Source: a virus. Taken from it: a stretch of 25,861 nt of DNA. Position numbers and translations under genes: made by a program. The stretch is from UHGV virus genome UHGV-0115523. The stretch is one strand, 5' to 3'. Of this stretch, positions 1-8,139 are shown one piece after another (the stretch's first letter is position 1; each line of letters starts with the position of its first letter). The notes under the pieces are model-generated. The model did not search any database, was not told the DNA's origin, and saw nothing but the letters and a program-made list of their open reading frames with translations.

Positions 1-239
1 TTCACCGCGATGGTCTGGCACATATTCCCATGAGTTAAAATCTGCAGAACGGCAGATTGCATAACCAGCTTTATGTGTAACTGGTCCATCTAAACAAGAA
101 CATGCCGGGATACCGACGCCAACCGCAAGATATTCAGTTGATGTGGAAATATATTCCCGCGTTTCACCATCATAATTATAAATGGTAATGTCTCCCGCTT
201 TTATGGCAATGAGTTCGTTATTTAATACGGCTTTATTCA
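1..239 (-). CDS. G: Tail fibre assembly protein (P2 gpG-like), 5' part only; C-terminus lies beyond the window start
   Basis: ATG at 237-239 (minus) directly after the H stop; translation MNKAVLNNELIAIKAGDITIYNYDGETREY...GVGIPACSCLDGP...AICRSADFNSWEYVPDHRGE matches the N-terminal pattern of tail fibre assembly (Tfa) proteins; position downstream of H as in P2. Confidence 0.7.
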
Positions 240-1748
240 TCAGGCAGCCCTCACGATATAATTAAAAGCAATGTTACGAGGTCGGTTTTCGTTTGCAGTT
301 GGAACAACTCTGGAAGCATCGAATGTTACTCGCTTTGCATAACCACCTTTAATTGAATCAGATGAAGCATCTCCGATGACGCTGGTTGTAAAAACGCCAG
401 AATCAGAAGGGCAGGTATTAAACCTGACATCCACTAATGCACCAATTATATTTCGAATGGCATCTCCCTGTGACGAAAGCAAGCTACGGTTAGTATCTAT
501 TCCTCTTCCGTCATCCCAGCCACGAATGAACTCACCACGTAAATCAGGCAATTTATTTGTCGGGTAAGCCTTTGCCAGTTCCGGGTATTCTTCAGCAGAA
601 AAAGCCGCACCGTTGCATTTCAGCCAGCCTGTTGGCGGAGTGGCGGAAGGCCACGGAACAGGCACACCAACGGGTAATGCCGAACCTTCTCCCAAACCAA
701 GGTATGTGAGAAGACCAGCTACATCCTTTCCACTCAAATTGGTAAGCGTATTGTCCAGCGGTTGTTTACCTGCCAGCGCATTAAGCATTGTCGTGGCAAA
801 GTTCGGATCATTCCCCAGTGCCGCCGCCAGTTCGTTCAGTGTATCCAGTGCAGCAGGTGCAGAACCCACCATTCCTGCAATCGCCGATTTCACAAAAGCC
901 GTAGTGGCAATCTGTGTATTGTTGACCGACTGCGCCGCCGTGGGGGCTGTTGGCGTTCCGGTGAGTGCCGGACTCGACAACGGTGCTTTTAGTGCCAGCG
1001 CATTGTTAATGGTGGTACTGAAATTCGGATCATTGTTAATGGCTGCGGCTATTTCTTTCAGCGTGTCCAGCGTGGCTGGCGCACCATTAATAAGGGCCGT
1101 CAGTGCCGCCTGTACAAACGCAGTGGTCGCAACCTGCGTGGTATTATTCCCCGCCGCTGGCGTTGGCGCTTTGGGGGTTCCGGTAAATGTCGGGCTGGCT
1201 TTTGGCGCGTACTGTGAATGCGGGTCCGGTGCGGCAAGATGTTTTGCCATCTGATCATCCGCGTACACCTTCAGCTCCAGTGCCTTGTCATCCACATACT
1301 TGCGGGTTGCCAGCACTACAGCAGGGTCGATTTTCAGGGTGATATTGTCCGTGCTGCTGGTAATCAGCACCATGCGCACGGTCTGAGTGCGCCCGCTGCC
1401 TTCAGCCAGTTGCGGCTTATAGCTTTCCGGGCAGTTGCCCACGGCAATCAATGCCCCGGACTCATCAAACAAGCCCACTTCACGTATCCACCAACCGCCC
1501 TCGTTTTCAGGGATCACCTGTTCGGCAATAATCTGGCTGCTGTTCTGCGGGTCGATATAAAGCATATTCAGCGCAGCCCGGCGTTTCTCATTTACCAGTG
1601 CCGTCTGCTTTGCGTCCGGCGTTGGCAATACTCCACCGCCATCGCCCACCGCCATATGGGTAATTTTTAGCGGCACACCGAGCGCGGCGGCGCTGGCAAG
1701 TTTCGCCGCGCCAATATCCGTCAGCAGGGTATAAAATTTTGTGCTCAT
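240..1748 (-). CDS. H: Tail fibre protein (P2 gpH-like), 502 aa
   Basis: N-terminus MSTKFYTLLTDIGAAKLASAAALGVPLKITHMAVGDGGGVLPT is the conserved P2 H N-terminal domain; internal Thr/Ala-rich tandem repeats; synteny I-H-G. Confidence 0.85.
   Translation of the reverse strand: MSTKFYTLLTDIGAAKLASAAALGVPLKITHMAVGDGGGVLPTPDAKQTALVNEKRRAALNMLYIDPQNSSQIIAEQVIPENEGGWWIREVGLFDESGALIAVGNCPESYKPQLAEGSGRTQTVRMVLITSSTDNITLKIDPAVVLATRKYVDDKALELKVYADDQMAKHLAAPDPHSQYAPKASPTFTGTPKAPTPAAGNNTTQVATTAFVQAALTALINGAPATLDTLKEIAAAINNDPNFSTTINNALALKAPLSSPALTGTPTAPTAAQSVNNTQIATTAFVKSAIAGMVGSAPAALDTLNELAAALGNDPNFATTMLNALAGKQPLDNTLTNLSGKDVAGLLTYLGLGEGSALPVGVPVPWPSATPPTGWLKCNGAAFSAEEYPELAKAYPTNKLPDLRGEFIRGWDDGRGIDTNRSLLSSQGDAIRNIIGALVDVRFNTCPSDSGVFTTSVIGDASSDSIKGGYAKRVTFDASRVVPTANENRPRNIAFNYIVRAA
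753..1193 (-). repeat. Two diverged tandem copies of a ~73-aa unit inside tail fibre H (TGTP.APT.AA...NT.Q.ATTAFV...APA.LDTL.E.AAA..NDPNF.TT..NALA.K.PL)
   Basis: Direct comparison of H residues ~186-258 with ~259-332 in the translation; the nucleotide copies are diverged. Confidence 0.6.
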
Positions 1749-2350
1749 GGATTCACTCTCATTGTGTCAATAACATGGACCGCCCCGCCTTCATGCGCGG
1801 TGCCACCGGAAATAATCGTTTCGTTGATATACGGATAGATCGTGATTTCTTCGCCAAGATAGCTGGCGGCTCCCACCCAATGCGGGCCGCTGGTCTGCAG
1901 ATTGATGGACATGCCGATCATGTGGCGGCTACATGGTTTGGCATCGCTTATCAGTCGCTCAAGTTCCAGATAGGTATCTTCAGTGATGCCCTGGTCCTGC
2001 ACGCCGATATCCAGGCGAAACGTGCCCGGTGTTTCTCCGGTCTGCCACCACTCAATAATGCGGATCAGGAATCCGAACGGTTCCACCACCCGCCGCACGG
2101 CACTGGTGGTTCCTTTATGCTGATGAATATAAAAAGCATCCTTCACTACCTGGCGTTTGACGCTTTCTGTCCAGCCCTCGTCCCAGCGATCCACAGAGAA
2201 CGCCCAGGCGAGATAAGGCAGGAAGCTGACCGGACAGGTAGCCGGATTCCACAAGTCACGCAGCGGCACCTGCAAATCAGAAATCCCGCTACAGGTTTGC
2301 GCCAGTCGGCGCTCCAGTGAAGTTGAACCCGGTGGCAGCAGACTATTCAT
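1745..2350 (-). CDS. I: Baseplate assembly protein (P2 gpI-like)
   Basis: Position between J and H; size close to gpI; start overlaps the J stop. Confidence 0.75.
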   Translation of the reverse strand: MNSLLPPGSTSLERRLAQTCSGISDLQVPLRDLWNPATCPVSFLPYLAWAFSVDRWDEGWTESVKRQVVKDAFYIHQHKGTTSAVRRVVEPFGFLIRIIEWWQTGETPGTFRLDIGVQDQGITEDTYLELERLISDAKPCSRHMIGMSINLQTSGPHWVGAASYLGEEITIYPYINETIISGGTAHEGGAVHVIDTMRVNP

Positions 2351-3251
2351 CCGTTCCTCCGTTGGTTACGCTCCACTGCGTACATGATGCCGCCTGTGTT
2401 TTGTTCAGGACCACATCCGCCAGCGGAGAAGCCAGTTCCACACGTTGGACACCCTCAACATGCAGAGCAGCAAAGATGGCGCTACGGCGAATATCCCGAC
2501 CAAGCCTCGTCTGGCTGGCAATGTACTTCTGCAGACTGGCTTTTGCCGCTGCCATTACCGGCTCTGCTTCCGGTCCCGGATAGAGAAAAATGGTGGCTTC
2601 CACGCGATACGGGATGATTTCTGCGCTGCGAACCGTAAGACGGTCAGCCACCGGGCGGACGTTCTCACTGTTCAGAGCTTTTTCCACCACGTCCAGCAGG
2701 TCTTTTTCTGCAGTTCCATCGCCTTCGCGGCTAAGGACAGTCAGCACCACCTCTGCAGGTGCCGGGCTGGTTGCACTGGCATCCGCCACCCGACCGTCGG
2801 CGCTTCGGGCATGAAATTCATAAGCTGCAGTTGGCCCCGCAACAGAAAGCCCTTCAAAGGCTGCAGGCACACGCAGGCGCAACGCTTCATCGCTTTCCAT
2901 CACAGCTGCAACGGGCGGCACAGCATCATTATCAGCAGGCGTCACCGTCAGGCGTGTCACGTTGTAGTTGGCAGCGAGCTGGTCAAGATCGCCGCCCATA
3001 GCGTAAGCCACCATCACCGCCTGCGCGGCTTCGTTAATGCGCTGGCGCAGAAGCAACTCACGGTAAGCGTTCTCCTGCAACAATTTAGTGGCGGGTTCAG
3101 ATTCCAGTTCCAGCGTGCGGATCACTGCTTCCTGCTCATCTTTCGGATGAAGCGCCACAAATTCTGCCTTGCGTTCGGCAAGCAGCGTCTCAAAGTCCGG
3201 CACATCCACAATCTGCGGTGCAGGCAACTGCGAAAGGTCAATCACTGCCAT
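2343..3251 (-). CDS. J: Baseplate assembly protein (P2 gpJ-like); start trimmed to Met14 of the ORF-track frame
   Basis: ATG at 3249-3251 is preceded by AGGAGC; product MAVIDLSQLPAPQIVDVPDFETLLAERKAEF is gpJ-like at about 302 aa; synteny W-J-I. Confidence 0.85.
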   Translation of the reverse strand: MAVIDLSQLPAPQIVDVPDFETLLAERKAEFVALHPKDEQEAVIRTLELESEPATKLLQENAYRELLLRQRINEAAQAVMVAYAMGGDLDQLAANYNVTRLTVTPADNDAVPPVAAVMESDEALRLRVPAAFEGLSVAGPTAAYEFHARSADGRVADASATSPAPAEVVLTVLSREGDGTAEKDLLDVVEKALNSENVRPVADRLTVRSAEIIPYRVEATIFLYPGPEAEPVMAAAKASLQKYIASQTRLGRDIRRSAIFAALHVEGVQRVELASPLADVVLNKTQAASCTQWSVTNGGTDE

Positions 3252-3597
3252 TCTCTGCTCCTGTTGATACGGAAAGGGACACAGGCACACCGTTATTCCG
3301 CCGCCCGGTCAGCTCCACCACCATTGAACCGTCAAAATTGCTGTTGATGGTGATGGAATCCAGCGTCAACCGTGGCTCCCAGCGACTCAGCGCCACATAC
3401 ACTGCCGACATGACCTGCAGGCGTAATGCCGGATTTTGTGGCTGATCTATCAGTGCCGACAGCAGGGAACCATATTCCCGGCGGGCAATACGGCTACCCT
3501 GCGGTGTCAGCAGAATGTCCCGCACCGACTGGCGCAGATGATCAATATCAGTAATGACTTTGCCGCTGGTATTGTTCATCCCGCTATAAAGCGTCAT
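3238..3597 (-). CDS. W: Baseplate wedge protein (P2 gpW / GPW-gp25 family)
   Basis: 119 aa; synteny V-W-J; 14-nt overlap with the J start. Confidence 0.8.
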   Translation of the reverse strand: MTLYSGMNNTSGKVITDIDHLRQSVRDILLTPQGSRIARREYGSLLSALIDQPQNPALRLQVMSAVYVALSRWEPRLTLDSITINSNFDGSMVVELTGRRNNGVPVSLSVSTGAENGSD

Positions 3598-4172
3598 ACC
3601 GGGCCTCCGGTTGTATCGCCGCCTTTCAGGACGCCAGTATGCTGATGCGCATCAACCACGATCCCGTTAGAACTCATCGCTCCGCCGCCCTGGGTAACGC
3701 CACCATTGATCACCACTTCGCTGTTAATGCGCGTGCGGTCAGCCTCCAGTACAAACTCACTGGTTTTCATGGTGATGTTGTCAGCAGCCTCAATGACCAT
3801 TGATTTGATGCCCCTGACATACCAGCGCCCGGTGGCGGGTTCGTATTCAAACCAGCCACCGTCAGGATGTTCTGTCACGCAGGCGTCCGCCGACGTCGAC
3901 GGTGGTGCGAACTGATTCGAATAGACAGCGGGCAGCGCAAAGGCGGTTTCCAGATTGCCGCCCAGACTCAGCAGCACCACCTGCTCACCTTCCGATGGTC
4001 GCCACCATGTACGGGCATTCCCGGCACGCAGCGTCAGCCAGCTGATCCAGTTGGTTTCAAGCTCGCCCGTTTTCACCCGGCAAAGCCAGTTTTCCCTGTC
4101 CACTTCGGTGACTACCCCTGTGCGGATCAGGTTGGTGATAAGGCGCATGATTTCGGTTAATTGTGCGTTCAT
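3594..4172 (-). CDS. V: Baseplate central spike protein (P2 gpV-like)
   Basis: 192 aa; C-terminal Gly-rich spike region; first gene of the tail operon downstream of a TGT-N12-ACA box. Confidence 0.8.
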   Translation of the reverse strand: MNAQLTEIMRLITNLIRTGVVTEVDRENWLCRVKTGELETNWISWLTLRAGNARTWWRPSEGEQVVLLSLGGNLETAFALPAVYSNQFAPPSTSADACVTEHPDGGWFEYEPATGRWYVRGIKSMVIEAADNITMKTSEFVLEADRTRINSEVVINGGVTQGGGAMSSNGIVVDAHQHTGVLKGGDTTGGPV

Positions 4173-4218
4173 AGGGAAAGGTTGCCATCAGGGGAAGAAA
4201 GGCGGCAGTGCTGCAACT

Positions 4219-4236
4219 TGTATCAGTGCTGATACA
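4219..4236 (-). promoter_or_regulatory. Candidate Ogr/Delta/B-type late activator site (TGT-N12-ACA) of the V-operon late promoter
   Basis: Perfect TGTatcagtgctgatACA between the S stop and the V start, centred about 55 bp upstream of the V ATG. Confidence 0.5.
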
Positions 4237-4240
4237 AAGA

Positions 4241-4687
4241 TCACCCCGCCAGCCATTGCAGAATCATGTCGCGGGTCATTGCCTCAACATCATCATTTAC
4301 ACCCAGAAGGCGACGCTCTGCGTAACGCACCTCCGGTCCCTTACGACTGACGCGATCTCGCAGGCCGTAATGGTGAACGCGGGCAATGCGCTGCACCTTG
4401 CCTTCAAACTGCACGCTGGCAGAGTCGGTGCTGGCGGCAGTTTTCAGGTATTTTGTGGTGCGCAGCTTTGCAAACATCTGACGTTTGATACGGCCTTTTT
4501 TACTGCGTGCTGTTACCCGTCGCGGTTCATAGCTGCTGCCGTCAGGGTTCCGCTGCATCCTGATATTCTGCTGCTGTGTCCGGCGAAGTTCCTGCGCCAG
4601 CTGGCGCATCATGCGGCTTCTCGAGGCTGGTTCCAGATTCGCCAGCAAGGCACTCAGCCAGTCGTCCACCTTCTGCAGTTCAGCCAC
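4241..4687 (-). CDS. S: Tail completion / virion morphogenesis protein (P2 gpS-like)
   Basis: 148 aa; synteny R-S-V. Confidence 0.8.
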   Translation of the reverse strand: MAELQKVDDWLSALLANLEPASRSRMMRQLAQELRRTQQQNIRMQRNPDGSSYEPRRVTARSKKGRIKRQMFAKLRTTKYLKTAASTDSASVQFEGKVQRIARVHHYGLRDRVSRKGPEVRYAERRLLGVNDDVEAMTRDMILQWLAG

Positions 4688-5111
4688 GTTTCACCGTCCA
4701 CATTTCTTCAGGTGCATCAGGTTCCGCTATAGCTTCAACGCTCGACACACTGCCGTCAGTGCTGACCAGCACACGTTCCGTCAGTTGCAGGTTCAGGCTG
4801 ATATCACAGACATCGTTGCGCAGAATATCCACCTCAAAGGTGAATAGCTTTTCCCGTAACGCCGGGTTATTGATGGCATCGGGCTGGTTATCCCTCAGCC
4901 ACAGCAAAACCGGGGCCATCAGCAGATTCTGGTCGCCGCTGAAATCCTCAATCACCGCGTTCAGTGTGTAACGGTACTCCCACGACATGGAGCTGGCCCC
5001 CGTGGCAACCAGCGAACCGTTATCCACAAACAGATGCAGTTTGTCCGGGTTATTGCGGACATAAGGCACCGCTTTATTGAGGGCGTGGCGCAGGGATTGT
5101 GGTTTGTTCAC
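4680..5111 (-). CDS. R: Tail completion protein (P2 gpR-like); probable GTG start
   Basis: Frame begins VNKPQSLRHAL, similar to the P2 R N-terminus; GTG at 5109-5111 is preceded by AGGAG; the ORF-track ATG at 5132 is an alternative. Confidence 0.7.
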   Translation of the reverse strand: MNKPQSLRHALNKAVPYVRNNPDKLHLFVDNGSLVATGASSMSWEYRYTLNAVIEDFSGDQNLLMAPVLLWLRDNQPDAINNPALREKLFTFEVDILRNDVCDISLNLQLTERVLVSTDGSVSSVEAIAEPDAPEEMWTVKRG

Positions 5112-5364
5112 TGTTTCGCTCCTGACACGCAATAATCATGTCCACTTTGTCTGCACAGACCGCCCAGGCGGCCTCCGTTTCATCCAGCAACGCGTTCAGA
5201 TCACCGTTAGTGCGCGGCGTTGCCTGATCCAGCCGACACGGCGTCACTCGCGGACAACCACTGACGGTAAGCCATACCTCCGGTGAGTGCCGGACGTTTC
5301 CGCAGCCGGATAATGTCAGCAGGCAAAGGAGTATCAGCCCAGCGGCGTAAATCCTCGTTCTCAC
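5074..5364 (-). CDS. lysC: Outer-membrane spanin lipoprotein (LysC / Rz1-like) in an overlapped frame
   Basis: N-terminal signal with lipobox LTLSGC; overlaps the 3' half of the LysB/Rz-like gene in another frame and extends beyond it, as in P2 lysB/lysC. Confidence 0.6.
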   Translation of the reverse strand: MRTRIYAAGLILLCLLTLSGCGNVRHSPEVWLTVSGCPRVTPCRLDQATPRTNGDLNALLDETEAAWAVCADKVDMIIACQERNSEQTTIPAPRPQ

Positions 5365-5635
5365 GTTTCAGTTCCTCGATCCGGTGTTGTCGTTGTCTCA
5401 GCAGCGTGCTGGTCTGTTCTGCTTCGGCATAGAGCCGCGCCTGCTCCCGGTTATTGGTTTCAGTCAGAATGGACAGGCTGATAAGCTGGCTATTGCTCTT
5501 TGCCAGTGCCTGGCTTTTGCTCTGCAGCTCGTCTGCCTGCGTGCTGATGGTCTGGCTGGCATCAGCCAGCCGCCACGTCTGCCAGCCCAGCGCCGCCAGT
5601 AATAACGTCAGCACAACCAGCAGCAACCGGTTCAT
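5207..5635 (-). CDS. lysB: Inner-membrane spanin (LysB / Rz-like)
   Basis: N-terminal TM segment LLLVVLTLLLAALGW followed by a charged coiled-coil-like region; position in the lysis cassette. Confidence 0.7.
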   Translation of the reverse strand: MNRLLLVVLTLLLAALGWQTWRLADASQTISTQADELQSKSQALAKSNSQLISLSILTETNNREQARLYAEAEQTSTLLRQRQHRIEELKRENEDLRRWADTPLPADIIRLRKRPALTGGMAYRQWLSASDAVSAGSGNAAH

Positions 5636-6009
5636 GCTGCTACCTGTTGCGCCATCTGATTACGGGTGATCCAGAAGGCAATAACGGTCAGTAGATAAAA
5701 GACCAGGGTAATAGCCCACCCCGTCCAGGCGAGACTTACAACAATCAGCAATCGCATCACCCAACTGGTAAATACGTTTTCTTTTCGGGTAATTGTCTTC
5801 AGCAAAGATGCCCTTAACTCCTGCCAGAGCGGGCCATTCTTAATTAACGCAGCCAGTGCTACCGGAATTACCGCCCATGTCAGCAAACAGGCTACCCAAA
5901 CGCCGGACGCTGCCAGTACCGGAAAAATCCCCTGCGGATACACCATTGCTGCGATTAACAGCGCCATCCATAACATCAGAAACAGTCCGCTGATTAATTT
6001 CTTTTTCAT
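5632..6009 (-). CDS. lysA: LysA-like membrane protein (lysis timing); start trimmed to MKKKLISGLF
   Basis: Multiple hydrophobic TM segments; ATG at 6007-6009 preceded by GGGAG, one nt after the endolysin stop; position between endolysin and spanins as in P2. Confidence 0.55.
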   Translation of the reverse strand: MKKKLISGLFLMLWMALLIAAMVYPQGIFPVLAASGVWVACLLTWAVIPVALAALIKNGPLWQELRASLLKTITRKENVFTSWVMRLLIVVSLAWTGWAITLVFYLLTVIAFWITRNQMAQQVAA

Positions 6010-6010
6010 T

Positions 6011-6523
6011 TCAGTTTGCTCCCTGTAAACACCAGGCCATCTCCCGCGCACGGCGGTTATCCAGCCCCTGATTAAAAACACCTTTCACATAAACCCAGCG
6101 CGGCAACTGTCGGCATGCATCCGCCCAGCGCCGCTGATTGAGCAATTTCACCAGCGTGGAACTACAGGCATTGCCCGTCCCCACGTTGAAGGCAAACGAC
6201 ACCGTAGCGTCATACACCTTCTGCGGCGGCTGTTGCTTCACACACCTTTCCAGCGCCCGCTCCACTCGTAGCACGTTGGAGATCAGCCCTTCAGCTGCCT
6301 GTCGTTCCGTAATAATTTTGCCGGGAATGACGCCCGACGTATTACCAATGCCGTCGGTCCAGACACCCGCGCTGCACTGATACGGCTGCAGACGACAGCC
6401 TTCATAATCGGCGATCAGTTTCAGTCCCTCCTCGGAGGTGTGAAGCTGCTGAAACCCCGGCAGCGTGGCAGCAATAGCCAGCACGGCCCCGACAAGGCAG
6501 CGTTTAACGATTGATGGATTCAT
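6011..6523 (-). CDS. SAR endolysin, T4/P1-Lyz-type lysozyme with N-terminal signal-anchor-release domain
   Basis: Gly/Ala-rich N-terminal hydrophobic segment CLVGAVLAIAATLPGF; lysozyme motif EGCRLQPYQCSAGVWTDGIGNT; Cys9/Cys43/Cys50 positioned like the regulatory cysteines of P1 Lyz. Confidence 0.75.
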   Translation of the reverse strand: MNPSIVKRCLVGAVLAIAATLPGFQQLHTSEEGLKLIADYEGCRLQPYQCSAGVWTDGIGNTSGVIPGKIITERQAAEGLISNVLRVERALERCVKQQPPQKVYDATVSFAFNVGTGNACSSTLVKLLNQRRWADACRQLPRWVYVKGVFNQGLDNRRAREMAWCLQGAN

Positions 6524-6719
6524 AGTCCTCCCGCGAGATCTGCCCGTCGCGCAGAAGCTGGTAGGCTTTGTGTTTGTAGTACCAGTTGATAGCCAGCATC
6601 AGCACACCGATCATCAGGCCGCCCAGCGTTGAGGCATCCTTGATGGACAAATCGCCCAGCCAGGCCAGCACGACGGCGATGCAATACGTGATAAAGGCGC
6701 TGATTCGCTCAAGCGTCAT
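6504..6719 (-). CDS. Holin (small two-TM holin, likely pinholin partner of the SAR endolysin)
   Basis: 71 aa, two hydrophobic segments, charged C-terminus; immediately upstream of and overlapping the endolysin. Confidence 0.65.
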   Translation of the reverse strand: MTLERISAFITYCIAVVLAWLGDLSIKDASTLGGLMIGVLMLAINWYYKHKAYQLLRDGQISREDYESINR

Positions 6720-6722
6720 AAT

Positions 6723-6926
6723 TCAGTCCCATAGCTGGACGGTCTGCACGGTGGTGGTTGTCGGAATGTCCGGCAGCTCCACCTGCAGCCCGTGAGGTAA
6801 AAAGGGGCCGTATTCGGCAAGCCCCGGATTTGCCTTCAGTACCTGCTCCGTGACACCCTGCGTGCGCCCGTAATGACGCCAGCAAAGTGCGTCCACCGTG
6901 TCATACTGATGCGCACGCACTTTCAT
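6723..6926 (-). CDS. X: Tail protein X (P2 gpX-like)
   Basis: 67 aa, the same length as P2 gpX; position between L and the holin. Confidence 0.7.
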   Translation of the reverse strand: MKVRAHQYDTVDALCWRHYGRTQGVTEQVLKANPGLAEYGPFLPHGLQVELPDIPTTTTVQTVQLWD

Positions 6927-7390
6927 CAGATAAGCTCCACTGTGCAGTGCGGCGCATCCTGCACCCGGCTGATGGCCCAGCGGGCGTCACGCCATAAATC
7001 ACCGCTTGCTTCCGCCAGTTCCTCGCCTCGCTTCGCACCGGATGCCGTGGCGTCATAGTCCTGGTAACGTTCGTTGAGCATGGCGCGTGCCCAGCAGTAA
7101 ACCGCGTTGAAATAGTGCTGAATGCGCTCGCTTTTGCCGTCCAGTTGTTCCGCCGGGACTTCTGCCAGCGAGGCATACCCCAGCATCTGCTGGCGTCTGC
7201 GAAACTCATACAGCTCTGCGTTGACCTCCGAAATTGCCGACAGGGCAACCTGTTTTAAACGCGGCTGCGTCACCGTGCCGTCAGTGCGCATCACACTGCG
7301 AAACTCCGACAGGTCCACATCAGGCCAGAACGGCGTATTCCTGATGATTTCCGCCTGTTCCGGTGCCTGTTCTGGCGCAACAAACTTCAT
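6926..7390 (-). CDS. L: Head completion / stabilisation protein (P2 gpL-like); start trimmed to MKFVAPEQ
   Basis: ATG at 7388-7390 preceded by AGGAG; synteny M-L-X. Confidence 0.75.
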   Translation of the reverse strand: MKFVAPEQAPEQAEIIRNTPFWPDVDLSEFRSVMRTDGTVTQPRLKQVALSAISEVNAELYEFRRRQQMLGYASLAEVPAEQLDGKSERIQHYFNAVYCWARAMLNERYQDYDATASGAKRGEELAEASGDLWRDARWAISRVQDAPHCTVELI

Positions 7391-7485
7391 GCTGCTTTCT
7401 CCTGAAATAGAGGGCGGTGGACGGGGTTTTGATGTGGCAGTACCTTTCGCCACCCCGTGCCGCCCGTGCGCGGGGGCACGTTCTG

Positions 7486-8136
7486 TCAGCGGCTGTCATT
7501 GCGCAGTCTGCGCTCCAGCTGCTGTTTGTCTTTTTTCACGCCACAGCGGGGATCGAGCTGTAACGCATGGTTGAGATGATTAAGGGCAGACGCCGGATTT
7601 CTTTCACTCAGGACAGCGCCAATCGCTTTATGCAGACGCGCCCGTGACTGGTCCGGCATATCCATACCGTCTGTCAGCTCCAGGGTCTGCAGCAACAGAT
7701 CGGCATCAAAGCCGGTGGCGGCAAGCATTGCGCTCTGGGCTGCATCTGCCATTTCCTCTGCCAGCACGGTCTGCACGTTGCGGTTACCTAACGGCATCAC
7801 CCAGCCATGACGCAGGGCGTGACGCCCGATCTCCAGCGCCCCGGCATAATCTCCGGCATCAATGCGCCACAGCATCACGTACATCAGCACGTCATCCTGT
7901 TGAGCGCCTCCGGCAGCCAGGACACCCTCCGCCCAGGCGGCGTACTTCGGCAGCAGCTCCACCTTGATTTCCGCTTTTTTGACCGTGGACTGAACGCCCT
8001 TGAGACGGCGGCGGTCTTCCGCCAGTTGCAGCAGCATCAGGTCATAGCCCGACGCGTGGCGAACGCTGCCGCCCTCGCGGGCGGCCTGTTCAGCCTGAAC
8101 GCGCAGGCGATGCTGCCGTGCGGGACTCAGGCTCAT
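7486..8136 (-). CDS. M: Terminase endonuclease (small) subunit (P2 gpM-like)
   Basis: 216 aa; directly downstream of capsid gene N; synteny O-N-M-L. Confidence 0.75.
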   Translation of the reverse strand: MSLSPARQHRLRVQAEQAAREGGSVRHASGYDLMLLQLAEDRRRLKGVQSTVKKAEIKVELLPKYAAWAEGVLAAGGAQQDDVLMYVMLWRIDAGDYAGALEIGRHALRHGWVMPLGNRNVQTVLAEEMADAAQSAMLAATGFDADLLLQTLELTDGMDMPDQSRARLHKAIGAVLSERNPASALNHLNHALQLDPRCGVKKDKQQLERRLRNDSR

Positions 8137-8139
8137 GAA

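Noticed and set aside
613-1254. 213-aa plus-strand ORF (and a neighbouring 76-aa ORF) antisense to tail fibre H
   Set aside because: It lies entirely inside the well-supported H gene on the opposite strand; a low-complexity Ala/Gly/Val-rich translation is typical of antisense frames of GC-rich coding DNA.
1-1748. Possible invertible tail-fibre (Gin/Cin-type) switch at the H-G locus
   Set aside because: No invertase gene or flanking inverted crossover repeats were seen in the window; the P2 family does not use one.
2445-3347. 300-aa plus-strand ORF antisense to J and W
   Set aside because: Cys/His/Arg-rich low-complexity translation; overlaps two syntenic baseplate genes; no RBS context; spurious antisense frame.
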